Below are positions 21,863-29,926 of a stretch of DNA of 32,000 nt, piece by piece. Positions within the stretch are counted from its first letter, which is position 1; each line of letters begins with the position of its first letter. The position numbers were made by a program, and so were the translations under genes. The notes below the pieces were generated by a model that had not been told where the DNA came from, did no database searches, and worked only from the letters and a program-made list of their open reading frames with translations. The DNA is from an uncultured bacterium (lineage in GTDB: Bacteria > Margulisbacteria > WOR-1 > CAVSGV01): positions 1,590,001 to 1,622,000 of the forward strand of contig OY969425.1 of NCBI GenBank assembly GCA_963699255.1. Reading direction: 5' to 3'.

Positions 21863-21890
21863 GGAGCCGAGGCTTTTAGCCTCGGGTTAT
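21863..21890. repeat. REP-like hairpin immediately 3' of clpC, related to hairpin 3287-3314
   Basis: GGAGCCGAGGCTTTTAGCCTCGGGTTAT versus GGAACCGAGGCTTTCAGCCTCAGGTTCC at 3287-3314: 23 of 28 positions are identical. Perfect 7-bp stem CCGAGGC/GCCTCGG. Confidence 0.55.
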
Positions 21891-21895
21891 TGAAT

Positions 21896-24691
21896 CTAAG
21901 CCTTTTTCTTCGGCTTCTCGAAAAAGATCTTCCCGTCCTTCATTGAGGCCTCTATCGTGTCGCCTTCCTTGAAATCGCCTTTCAGCATCTCGTTCGACAG
22001 GGGATTCTCGATCAATCTCTGGATTGCGCGCCTCAAGGGCCTCGCGCCGAACTTGGGGTCATATCCTTCCTTAAGGAGATATTTTTTCACTTCATCATTT
22101 ACCGTCAGCTTCATTCCTTTTGCCTCGACCTGTTTTTCCAGGTCCGACAGCAGAAGCTCGACGATCTTCTTAAGCTCTTCATCCGTCAGCGGGTGGAAAA
22201 CGATGATCTCATCGATCCTGTTCAGGAATTCGGGCCTGAATTCCTTCTTTATCTCGTCCATGACCTCTGATTTTATATTCTCATAAGAAGCTTTAAGGTC
22301 GGCTTTTGCGGCAAAACCCATGGGAGCCGCGCCTTCGGATATGAGCTGAGATCCCAGATTGGTCGTCATTATGACAACTGTGTTCTTGAAGTCGACCGTC
22401 CTGCCTTTAGAATCTGTAAGGCGTCCGTCATCAAGTATCTGGAGAAGGGAATTGAACACGTCCGGATGCGCTTTTTCTATCTCATCGAACAACACCACCG
22501 AATAAGGCTTTCTCCTGACGGCTTCGGTCAGCTGTCCGCCTTCTTCGTATCCGACGTATCCCGGAGGGGACCCTATAAGTCTTGATACAGTGTGCTTTTC
22601 CATATATTCGGACATATCAAGCCTTATCAGCGCGTCGATGCTTCCGAACATGAACTCGGCAAGCCTTCGGGCTACTTCTGTTTTGCCTACTCCCGTGGGA
22701 CCCGCGAATATGAAAGATCCGATGGGGCGTTCCGGCGCTTTAAGCCCCGCGCGTCCGCGCCTTATCGCCTGGGAGATCGCGGCCACCGCGTCTTCCTGCC
22801 CGATGATCCTTTTGTGGAGTTCATCCTCCATGTGCACAAGCCTCTGTGTTTCCGCCTCCGTCAGCTTTATTACAGGAACGCCGGTCCAGTCAGATACTAT
22901 CTCGGCTATGTCTTCTTCGGTGATCACAGCTTCGCCTTTGCCGCCTTTTTCCTTCCAGGCCGATTGAAGTTTTTTCACTTTCGTTTCAAGTTCCGTTATC
23001 TTGTCGCTGAACTTCGCGGCCCTGTCGTATTTTTTGGCGGCGGCGGCGGCTTCTTCCTCTTTTTTCAGCTGGGCAAGCTCTTTTTGCGCGTCCTTCAGGT
23101 CTTTTGTCGGGGACATTAACTTTAACCTTACTTTTGCGGCGGCCTCGTCCATAAGGTCTATCGCTTTATCCGGAAGATACCTGTCGGTAATATATCTGTC
23201 GGATAGCTTTGCGGCGGCGGAAAGAGCCTCATCCGATATTTTGACCTTGTGGTGTTCCTCGTATTTTCCCCTGAGCCCTTTTAATATTTCGATGGTCAGG
23301 TCAACGGATGGCTCGCTCACAAGAACAGGCTGGAACCTTCGCTCAAGGGCGGGATCCTTTTCGATGTATTTCCTGTATTCATCAACCGTGGTCGCCCCGA
23401 TGACCTGAAGGTCTCCCTTTGCGAGGGCAGGCTTCAAGATGTTCGCGGCGTCTATCGCGCCTTCCGCCGCTCCCGCGCCGACAAGGGTGTGAAGCTCGTC
23501 AATGAAGAGTATTATCTGCCTTGATTTTGAGAGGATCTCATCAAGCATCTTCTTGACGCGCGATTCGAATTCCCCCCTGTATTTCGTTCCCGCTATCATC
23601 CCCGCGAGATCTAGCGTTATCACTTTTTTGTCCTTCAGGATCTCGGGGACGTCTCCCGAAACGATCTTTTCCGCAAGCCCTTCGACGATCGCGGTCTTAC
23701 CTACCCCGGGATCGCCTATAAGGGCGGGATTGTTCTTTGTCCTCCTAGAAAGTATCCTGATGACGCGCTCGATCTCTTTTTCCCTGTCTATGACGGGATC
23801 TAGTTTGCCGGCTTTTGCCTGCGCCGTAAGGTCCCTTCCGAAAGAAGTCAGCGCCGGCTTCTGGGCCCTTGGGGGCGCGCCTATCCCCATTCCGGGCATA
23901 CCGAACATTTCACCGAAAGGAGATCCTTCGCCTTCTTCAGGTATTCCGTATTCCTCTTCTCCTCCGCCTTCTTCTCCGCCTTCGCCTTCAGGCGGTTTGC
24001 CCTTATCCTGCAGTTTATTCCTGTCACCGGGCTTTTCTTCTTTGGCCATGATCTGGAGGATCTTCTTTACGGCTTTGTCGTAAGTCACTTTTCTTTTTTG
24101 GAGCGCCTGTGAAGCAAGGCTTTCGCCTTCTTTAATTATCCCCAGAAGGATGTGCTCGCTTCCCACATAATTAAAGCCCAGCTCCCTGGCGGAATTGAAC
24201 GCAAGCTCAAGCACTTTATTCGCTCTCGGCGACAGGGATAATTCTTCCGGAGTACCTTCGCCCCTGCCGATAAGGGATTCAATGTTCGAGAAAAGATCGA
24301 CGATATCCACTCCAAGTTCGACAAGCACTTTATATGCCATACCTTCTTCTTTTATAAGCCCAAGGAGCAGAAGCTCCGTTGTCAGGTGGTCGTGTGAGAG
24401 CCGCTGCGCCTCTTCTCCTCCAAGCTTTATGACGCTCTGGGCGTCCTCGGAAAAATAATCGAATATCCTGTTGGCGGGCCTTCTTTTGAAGAAGCTGGTG
24501 AAAAGGTCCGGGAATTCAAAGAAGCCGGGGAATCCGATGTCCCCGAACCCGCCGAAATCTCCCATTCCTCCGCCGAGGATGCCAAGGTCGGCCGCGCACT
24601 GCGAACACAGATGCTGTTCCACGCGCCTCCCGTTGACCACTCTGGTCACGTGGATCGTGGCTTGTCGTTTTTTACAATTCTGGCAGAGCAA
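21896..24691 (-). CDS. clpC: ClpC-type double AAA+ unfoldase with a fused N-terminal McsA-type zinc finger
   Basis: 931 aa with a TTG start. Residues 1-35 are MLCQNCKKRQATIHVTRVVNGRRVEQHLCSQCAAD (McsA-like C-x2-C...C-x2-C). A Gly-rich linker follows, then two Clp_N repeats, an acidic Gly/Glu-rich insert, D1 (GDPGVGKTAIVEGLA), a middle coiled-coil/UVR-like region, D2 (GPTGVGKTEVARRLA), and the C-terminal D2-small domain. Confidence 0.93.
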   Translation of the reverse strand: MLCQNCKKRQATIHVTRVVNGRRVEQHLCSQCAADLGILGGGMGDFGGFGDIGFPGFFEFPDLFTSFFKRRPANRIFDYFSEDAQSVIKLGGEEAQRLSHDHLTTELLLLGLIKEEGMAYKVLVELGVDIVDLFSNIESLIGRGEGTPEELSLSPRANKVLELAFNSARELGFNYVGSEHILLGIIKEGESLASQALQKRKVTYDKAVKKILQIMAKEEKPGDRNKLQDKGKPPEGEGGEEGGGEEEYGIPEEGEGSPFGEMFGMPGMGIGAPPRAQKPALTSFGRDLTAQAKAGKLDPVIDREKEIERVIRILSRRTKNNPALIGDPGVGKTAIVEGLAEKIVSGDVPEILKDKKVITLDLAGMIAGTKYRGEFESRVKKMLDEILSKSRQIILFIDELHTLVGAGAAEGAIDAANILKPALAKGDLQVIGATTVDEYRKYIEKDPALERRFQPVLVSEPSVDLTIEILKGLRGKYEEHHKVKISDEALSAAAKLSDRYITDRYLPDKAIDLMDEAAAKVRLKLMSPTKDLKDAQKELAQLKKEEEAAAAAKKYDRAAKFSDKITELETKVKKLQSAWKEKGGKGEAVITEEDIAEIVSDWTGVPVIKLTEAETQRLVHMEDELHKRIIGQEDAVAAISQAIRRGRAGLKAPERPIGSFIFAGPTGVGKTEVARRLAEFMFGSIDALIRLDMSEYMEKHTVSRLIGSPPGYVGYEEGGQLTEAVRRKPYSVVLFDEIEKAHPDVFNSLLQILDDGRLTDSKGRTVDFKNTVVIMTTNLGSQLISEGAAPMGFAAKADLKASYENIKSEVMDEIKKEFRPEFLNRIDEIIVFHPLTDEELKKIVELLLSDLEKQVEAKGMKLTVNDEVKKYLLKEGYDPKFGARPLRRAIQRLIENPLSNEMLKGDFKEGDTIEASMKDGKIFFEKPKKKA

Positions 24692-24730
24692 TTATTTTTT
24701 CCTTTCCTTCATGGGACTGAAACTCTGGAA

Positions 24731-24767
24731 GGTCATACATTATATATAATGTCGGTCAATTTCGCAA
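24731..24767 (-). promoter_or_regulatory. Putative clpC promoter with a perfect 16-bp palindrome and flanking GGTCA(T/A) direct repeats
   Basis: ACATTATATATAATGT (24737-24752) contains TATAAT on both strands. On the minus strand, TTGCGA (24767-24762) sits 17 nt from TATAAT (24744-24739). GGTCATA (24731-37) and GGTCAAT (24754-60) flank the palindrome. Confidence 0.4.
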
Positions 24768-24806
24768 CTTGTCATGAGGAGAGACGTATTATAGAATACG
24801 CTCACT

Positions 24807-25994
24807 ATGTTATTTAAAGACCTTCCGGATAAGAACGGATATTTCGGGCAGTACGGCGGGCGTTTCGTGCCGGAAACCCTCATGAAGCCCGTGATGGAGC
24901 TCGAGGCCGCGTACGCCCGATATAAGAACGACCAGAAATTCAAGGATGAATTCGCGTATTACCTTGAGCATTTTGCCGGACGTCCGACTCCTCTTTTTTA
25001 TGCGCAGCGCCTTACGGAAAAGCTCGGCGGCCCTAAGATATACTTAAAAAGGGAAGACCTCAATCATACCGGTTCCCATAAGATAAATAACTGCCTCGGA
25101 CAGATCCTTCTTGCCCGGAGAATGGGAAAGAAAAGGATCATCGCCGAGACCGGCGCGGGACAGCACGGCGTCGCTGCCGCTACGGTATGCGCGCTTTTCG
25201 GCATAAAGTGCGTTGTCTATATGGGTGAAGAGGACATCAGGCGCCAGGCGCTGAACGTTTACCGGATGAAACTGCTTGGAGCGGAAGTTGTGCCGGTCAG
25301 ATCGGGAAGTAAAACGCTGAAGGACGCCGTGAACGAAACGCTTCGCGATTGGATGGCGAACGTTTCCGACACATATTATTTGATCGGCTCGACTATCGGG
25401 CCGCATCCGTATCCCATGATGGTGAGGGATTTCCAGTCCGTTATCGGCCTTGAGGCAAAAGGACAGATAATGGAAGCGGAAGAGCGCGAACCCGATCTCC
25501 TTCTGGCGTGCGTGGGCGGAGGCTCGAATTCTATCGGTCTTTTCCATCCGTTCCTTGATGAGCCGTCGGTCTCCATGATAGGCGTCGAGGCAGGGGGGAC
25601 ATCGCTTAAACTCGGAAAAAATTCCGCCACTCTTGAGATCGGTCGCGTCGGGGTGCTTCACGGGTCAAAAAGCTATCTTCTTCAGACGAAGGACGGCCAG
25701 ATATCAACTACCCATTCGATCTCCGCGGGACTGGATTATCCGGGGGTCGGACCCGAACACAGCTACCTGAAAGATATCGGAAGGGTGAAATATGATTCGG
25801 TTTCTGATGATGAGGCGCTCGACGGATTCAGGTTGTTGTCAGAGACCGAGGGGATCATCCCTGCGCTTGAATCCTCCCATGCTGTCGCATATCTCAATAA
25901 ACTCAAGCTATCCAAGGATAAGAACGTGATCGTTTGCCTTTCAGGGAGAGGGGATAAAGATACGGAAATACTAAGAGGAGGCGTTAAGCGGTGA
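24807..25994 (+). CDS. trpB: Tryptophan synthase beta chain
   Basis: 395 aa. [16 protein letters not shown], the PLP Lys in [17 protein letters not shown] and GGGSNSIG. Confidence 0.96.
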   Translation: MLFKDLPDKNGYFGQYGGRFVPETLMKPVMELEAAYARYKNDQKFKDEFAYYLEHFAGRPTPLFYAQRLTEKLGGPKIYLKREDLNHTGSHKINNCLGQILLARRMGKKRIIAETGAGQHGVAAATVCALFGIKCVVYMGEEDIRRQALNVYRMKLLGAEVVPVRSGSKTLKDAVNETLRDWMANVSDTYYLIGSTIGPHPYPMMVRDFQSVIGLEAKGQIMEAEEREPDLLLACVGGGSNSIGLFHPFLDEPSVSMIGVEAGGTSLKLGKNSATLEIGRVGVLHGSKSYLLQTKDGQISTTHSISAGLDYPGVGPEHSYLKDIGRVKYDSVSDDEALDGFRLLSETEGIIPALESSHAVAYLNKLKLSKDKNVIVCLSGRGDKDTEILRGGVKR

Positions 25995-26007
25995 GCGGTA
26001 GCGTGAG

Positions 26008-26060
26008 GCGAATCGGCCTGCGTCAGGCGGACGCAAGACTCGGAACGAAAAACGATTCGC
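26008..26060 (+). promoter_or_regulatory. Structured element in the trpB-trpA spacer
   Basis: Outer stem GCGAATCG (26008-15) / CGATTCGC (26053-60) encloses the hairpin TGCGTC-AGGCG-GACGCA (26019-35). GACGCAA occurs three times (26030, 26064, 26083). Confidence 0.35.
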
Positions 26061-26094
26061 AGGACGCAACCGCATCCGAAAGACGCAATACATT

Positions 26095-26847
26095 ATGAAC
26101 AGAATATCAGAAGCATTCAAAAATAATAATAAAGTTTTAATTGTATTTATCATGGCCGGTGATCCAAGCTTGTCCAGGACCGAACAGCTTGTCTATGAGA
26201 TCGAGAGAGCAGGGGCGGACGTGATCGAGATCGGAATTCCCTTTTCCGATTCCATCGCGGACGGGCCGACGATACAAAACGCGGCGACAAGAGCACTGGC
26301 GAAGAACGTTTCGGCAGCCGACGCCATCAAACTTGTTAAAAAGATCAGAAAAATATCGAAGATCCCAATAATATTCATGACGAGCTTTAATATTTTGTTC
26401 AGCTACGGGCTGGATAGGTTCGTAAAGGAAGCGTCTTCCGCCGGCGTTGACGGCCTGATACTGCCGGATCTTCCGCTTGAGGAAGCCGATTCGATAAAAA
26501 AGAACGGGCTCGACCTTATTTCCCTGATCGCGCCCAACTCGACGGACGAAAGGATAAAGCTCGCGGCTAAGACATCATCCGGCTTTATTTATGCGGTATC
26601 TTTTACGGGAATAACCGGAGCGAAAAAAAACCTTCATCTGACCGTCCAGGGCGTGATATCGAAGCTCAGGAAGCTTACCAGGACCCCGATCGCCATAGGC
26701 TTCGGGATATCCAACCCCAGGCAGGCATCGGAAGCATCAAAATATGCCGACGGCATTATAGTCGGAAGCGCCGTGATCGATGTGATATCCAAAAAACCTA
26801 AACAGGTCGGGAAGTTCGTAGCTTCATTGAAGAAGGCGATCAGTTAA
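26095..26847 (+). CDS. trpA: Tryptophan synthase alpha chain
   Basis: 250 aa. FIMAGDPS, IEIGIPFSDSIADGPTIQ and GFGISNP. Confidence 0.93.
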   Translation: MNRISEAFKNNNKVLIVFIMAGDPSLSRTEQLVYEIERAGADVIEIGIPFSDSIADGPTIQNAATRALAKNVSAADAIKLVKKIRKISKIPIIFMTSFNILFSYGLDRFVKEASSAGVDGLILPDLPLEEADSIKKNGLDLISLIAPNSTDERIKLAAKTSSGFIYAVSFTGITGAKKNLHLTVQGVISKLRKLTRTPIAIGFGISNPRQASEASKYADGIIVGSAVIDVISKKPKQVGKFVASLKKAIS

Positions 26848-26863
26848 ATAATGACAAAATATA

Positions 26864-27148
26864 ATGCCAATTAATAAACATAAGCTGATATTTGCCGTTG
26901 TAATCATTATTTACTCTTTTCTTGTCATATTCCATCCACTGCTGCATTCGCATCCCATCGACGCAAAAGATCATGATGACTGCTTTGCCTGCAATTGGGA
27001 TCTATGCGTACAGGTAACTTCGAATACACCTGAAATCCTGCTCGCAATCGCATTCCTTATGTTTATTTCCCTACTTCCTTCAACCTCATATCATCAATTT
27101 ATTGCCTCTGGTTTTTCTTCTCGCGCGCCTCCATCCGCCCAGGCGTAA
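26864..27148 (+). CDS. Small two-TM membrane protein with a His/Cys/Asp-rich loop (paralog 1), family not recognised
   Basis: 94 aa. TM1 LIFAVVIIIYSFLVIF, loop HPLLHSHPIDAKDHDDCFACNWDLC, TM2 ILLAIAFLMFISLLP. A paralog at 29927..30205 has mostly synonymous differences in the core. Confidence 0.65.
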   Translation: MPINKHKLIFAVVIIIYSFLVIFHPLLHSHPIDAKDHDDCFACNWDLCVQVTSNTPEILLAIAFLMFISLLPSTSYHQFIASGFSSRAPPSAQA

Positions 27149-27243
27149 TACCGGATAGTCCCGGCAAAACGTCTGTCCCAGCAGTATTAGTTGATCTTTG
27201 CAACTTAATTGGACAAAACTATGTATAACACATAAAGGAGTTA

Positions 27244-28176
27244 TTGTTGCTGATATTTATCTGGCTCAAATTTCAACTGTTTTCTTTATTCAGCGTTTCC
27301 GTTTTCCTGGAAGCGGCGCCTTATCTTCTGTTGGGCGCGCTGCTGTCGTCGCTTTTTGAGGTCTTTGTGCCTGAAGAAACCATCCATTCCTGGATCCCGA
27401 AAAAACGGCGATTCGGATTGTTGATGGGTCTGGCCATGGGGATGATATTCCCCACCTGCGAGTGCGGCATCATACCCATAATTAAAAAGATGATCCAGAA
27501 AAAAGTACCGAACTATATAGCTATTACTTATATGCTGGCTGCTCCGGTGATCAATCCGGTGGTGTTATATTCTACTTATGTGGCGTTCCGGGGCGATTGG
27601 CATATGGTGTTAGCGAGAGTGTTCATCGTAAGCATTGTTGCTTTATGCGTCGGCAGTTATTTCGCGTTGAACAAAGACCTGCATTTATTAAAGCCAGGAC
27701 TTGAGACCGCCCCTGACTGCGATTGCGGCCATGACCACGAACATCATGATCACAATAAAGAAAGTGTGCGCGAAAGCAAGATAGGGATGGTGTTATCGCA
27801 TACCGCGAATGAATTCCTGGAAATGGGCAAGTATCTGATCGTAGGTTGTTTCGCGGCTTCGTTCTTCACGGTTTTCTTTCCCAAAGGCATTATGCCGATG
27901 TTCGAAACGAACACTATCATAGCCATTGTTTTTATGATGTGTTTGGCCGTATTGCTTTCTATATGCGCCACGGCGGATTCCTTTATAGCCGCGTCTTTTG
28001 TGGGCATGCCGGCCGCGGCTCAGATGGCATTTGTCACCTTAGGCCCAATGTTCGACCTGAAACTGCTTTCCATGTATCTGGGAACGTTCGACAGGAAATA
28101 TGTCTGGAGATTGATACTGGCCATCGTTTGTCTGAGCTTTATTTTGAATTATCTTCTGGGGGTGCTGATGAGATGA
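27244..28176 (+). CDS. UPF0718/ArsP_1-type permease (PF03773-like) with a cytoplasmic His-rich loop
   Basis: 310 aa, polytopic. FPTCECGIIPIIKK and LLSICATADSFIAASF match the two conserved Cys-containing half-motifs of this permease family. A central DCDCGHDHEHHDH loop lies at nt 27715-27753. RBS AAAGGAG; TTG start at 27244 or 27247. Confidence 0.8.
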   Translation: MLLIFIWLKFQLFSLFSVSVFLEAAPYLLLGALLSSLFEVFVPEETIHSWIPKKRRFGLLMGLAMGMIFPTCECGIIPIIKKMIQKKVPNYIAITYMLAAPVINPVVLYSTYVAFRGDWHMVLARVFIVSIVALCVGSYFALNKDLHLLKPGLETAPDCDCGHDHEHHDHNKESVRESKIGMVLSHTANEFLEMGKYLIVGCFAASFFTVFFPKGIMPMFETNTIIAIVFMMCLAVLLSICATADSFIAASFVGMPAAAQMAFVTLGPMFDLKLLSMYLGTFDRKYVWRLILAIVCLSFILNYLLGVLMR

Positions 28177-28463
28177 GTAAATTATTAAGCAAGGCGGAAG
28201 CTGTCATTATGATTTCTATCGGGGGGTATATATCTTATCTGTTCGCGTCGGGCAGATATTATTTTTATTTGACCGATCAGAATCAGTGGCTGTTCCTGCT
28301 TGTTTCTGGACTGTTCATTATTCTAGGGGTATACAACTTATTCAGCGGCCGTTTGGCCGGTAAACCGTTCAGGATCATTTTGTTCCTGATGATCATTTTA
28401 TTGGCCATTTTTATCCCGCCGAAGGTGCTTAACCCGGCGGACCTGTTGCAGCCGCCGTTCTAG
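28173..28463 (+). CDS. TIGR03943/DUF1980-like permease partner, N-terminal membrane fragment
   Basis: 96 aa. ATGA overlap with the permease stop. Three hydrophobic segments (AVIMISIGGYISYLF, WLFLLVSGLFIILGVY, FRIILFLMIILLAIFI). Track ORF 27846..28463 is the same frame extended 5' into the permease gene. Confidence 0.55.
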   Translation: MSKLLSKAEAVIMISIGGYISYLFASGRYYFYLTDQNQWLFLLVSGLFIILGVYNLFSGRLAGKPFRIILFLMIILLAIFIPPKVLNPADLLQPPF

Positions 28464-28465
28464 AT

Positions 28466-29061
28466 ATGAAAGCCATTTTAAAGATAACATTATTGATCAC
28501 ACTTATAGTCTTTATATGCTATTCCGCGCGGGTCGCGGATTGCCGGCAGGCGATGACGATCCCTGCCGACGGCAAAATAACCGTCAAGGATGTAGGGGCT
28601 TATGATCACAAGGAAAATTCGCGGGAAAAACTGAACGGAAAAGAATACATCAAAATAAACCTGTCCGAGCTGTCCGATATTTGCATGAACAATGATAAGG
28701 GGAAAGCAGGGGGGATTACGTGGTGCGCGGTGCAGTCGTCCGCGAAGACAAACTGGATTCAGAGGGCCGGTTCGGGCTTGTTCGATTGGGGATATTCTGC
28801 TGCGTTGTGCATGCCGTGCCGATAGGTCTTACGGTCCAATATGACAAATTCGGCGAGTTGAAAAGCAATGAGTGGGTGAAAGTTTACGGCAGGATAAAGA
28901 AAGTCTCCGATTATACGGGGAAGGATAATGATAACGATCCTTACAGCGCAGTGAAAAAAGATTTTGTCATTATCCCTGACAAGGTCGTTAAGATTAATGA
29001 CGCGACGGACCCTTACATATATCTGTTCAATTGCAAACAGGATGAGCCGTATTATTATTGA
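28466..29061 (+). pseudogene. TIGR03943/DUF1980-like partner, C-terminal part, frameshifted in a G6 run
   Basis: ORF 28466..28825 has an N-terminal TM/signal. ORF 28720..29061 carries RFGLVRLGIFCCVVHAVPIGLTV...NEWVKVYGRI, which resembles the DUF1980 C-terminal CC-motif domain. Adding one G to GGGGGG (28709-28714) joins them as ...GKAGGDYVVRGAVVRED... Confidence 0.6.
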
Positions 29062-29169
29062 TCTTAAATCCCGACTGTCTTTGCTATATTGGCACAACAA
29101 AGCTCGACAGGCCGCTACCGGCTTTTGCTGGAGAATGTTAGAACAAAGAAGTATAATACTCAACAAATC

Positions 29170-29901
29170 ATGTCTTTAATGCCGATAATATTTTCTACCG
29201 CGACTTTTTTTTCCACCCTTCTGGGCGGATTGTTCGCTATCAGGTTCAGGGATAAACTGCACCCGCTAATGGCTTTTGCGGCAGGGGTTCTGCTTGCCGT
29301 TGTAAGTTTTGATATTTTCCCGGAAATAATCGAGCAGATAAAAGCGAACAACTTCAACCCGACCGAAGCGATGACCGCGCTGGTCGCGGGTTTTTTGCTT
29401 TTCCACATACTCGAGAAGAGCATTCTCATCCATCACTCCCATGAAGATGAATACGCAAAGCACAGGCATCCGCAAGTAGGCGTCCTTTCCGCGCTGGCGC
29501 TCGCCGGCCACAGCTTCATGGATGGGGTGGGCATAGGCATCGGTTTCCAGGTCAACTACGCGATAGGCCTGCTTGTCGCTATCGCTGTTATCTCCCATGA
29601 TTTCACGGACGGGATGAATACCGTTACCCTGATGTTAACTCACAAGAACAAGATGCGGAGGTCAATGTTGCTTTTACTCCTTGATTCCATAACTCCGGTC
29701 CTGGGCGCCGCCTCTACCTTGTTCTTCAAGGCTTCTTCCCATTTTATGGTGTTATATCTGGGTTTCTTTGCAGGGTTTCTGCTCTATATAGGGGCAAGCG
29801 ACATATTGCCGGAGGCCCACAGCGACCGCAGTTCATATCAGCTTATAGCGCTTACCGTATCCGGCGTGGTATTCATTTATCTCGTCACGAGGTTCGTATA
29901 G
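29170..29901 (+). CDS. zupT: ZIP-family divalent metal (zinc) transporter
   Basis: The ORF is open from TTG 29089; ATG 29170 (MSLMPIIFSTATFF...) is the likely start. HHSHEDEYAKHRH loop, AGHSFMDGVGIG, ISHDFTDGMN and DILPEAH are typical ZIP/ZupT motifs. Confidence 0.85.
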   Translation: MSLMPIIFSTATFFSTLLGGLFAIRFRDKLHPLMAFAAGVLLAVVSFDIFPEIIEQIKANNFNPTEAMTALVAGFLLFHILEKSILIHHSHEDEYAKHRHPQVGVLSALALAGHSFMDGVGIGIGFQVNYAIGLLVAIAVISHDFTDGMNTVTLMLTHKNKMRRSMLLLLLDSITPVLGAASTLFFKASSHFMVLYLGFFAGFLLYIGASDILPEAHSDRSSYQLIALTVSGVVFIYLVTRFV

Positions 29902-29926
29902 CGATAATGATCACAGGACGTATAAC

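Noticed and set aside
21957-24749. Series of plus-strand ORFs of 87-193 aa (e.g. 23502..24083, 22592..23119) inside the clpC region
   Set aside because: All are antisense to the continuous 931-aa ClpC frame. Their Ser/Pro/Phe-rich low-complexity translations are mirror images of the Glu/Gly/Lys-rich ClpC codons.
24731-24760. Canonical CtsR operator upstream of clpC
   Set aside because: Canonical sites are two (A/G)GTCAAA heptads separated by 3 nt. Here the heptad-like repeats are 16 nt apart and imperfect. It is reported only as a variant or unknown operator, not as a CtsR box.
27846-28172. 5' extension of ORF 27846..28463 (205 aa), and ORF 30206..30517 overlapping the OM-barrel gene
   Set aside because: The 27846 extension overlaps the well-supported permease frame. 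Only the part from ATG 28173 (ATGA coupling, three TM segments) is plausible. ORF 30206..30517 overlaps the signal-peptide-bearing barrel gene out of frame and has no features of its own.
29902-29926. Fur/Zur-box-like sequences: GATAATGATCAC upstream of small-protein copy 2, TATGTATAACACATA at 27217-27231, and TATAACAT at 29916-29923
   Set aside because: There are only half-site-level matches to known Fur/Zur consensus sequences (GATAATGATAATCATTATC; ...TATAACAT...). No full palindrome is present, and the two paralog upstream regions do not share a convincing common motif. This is too weak to call without a genome-wide motif model.
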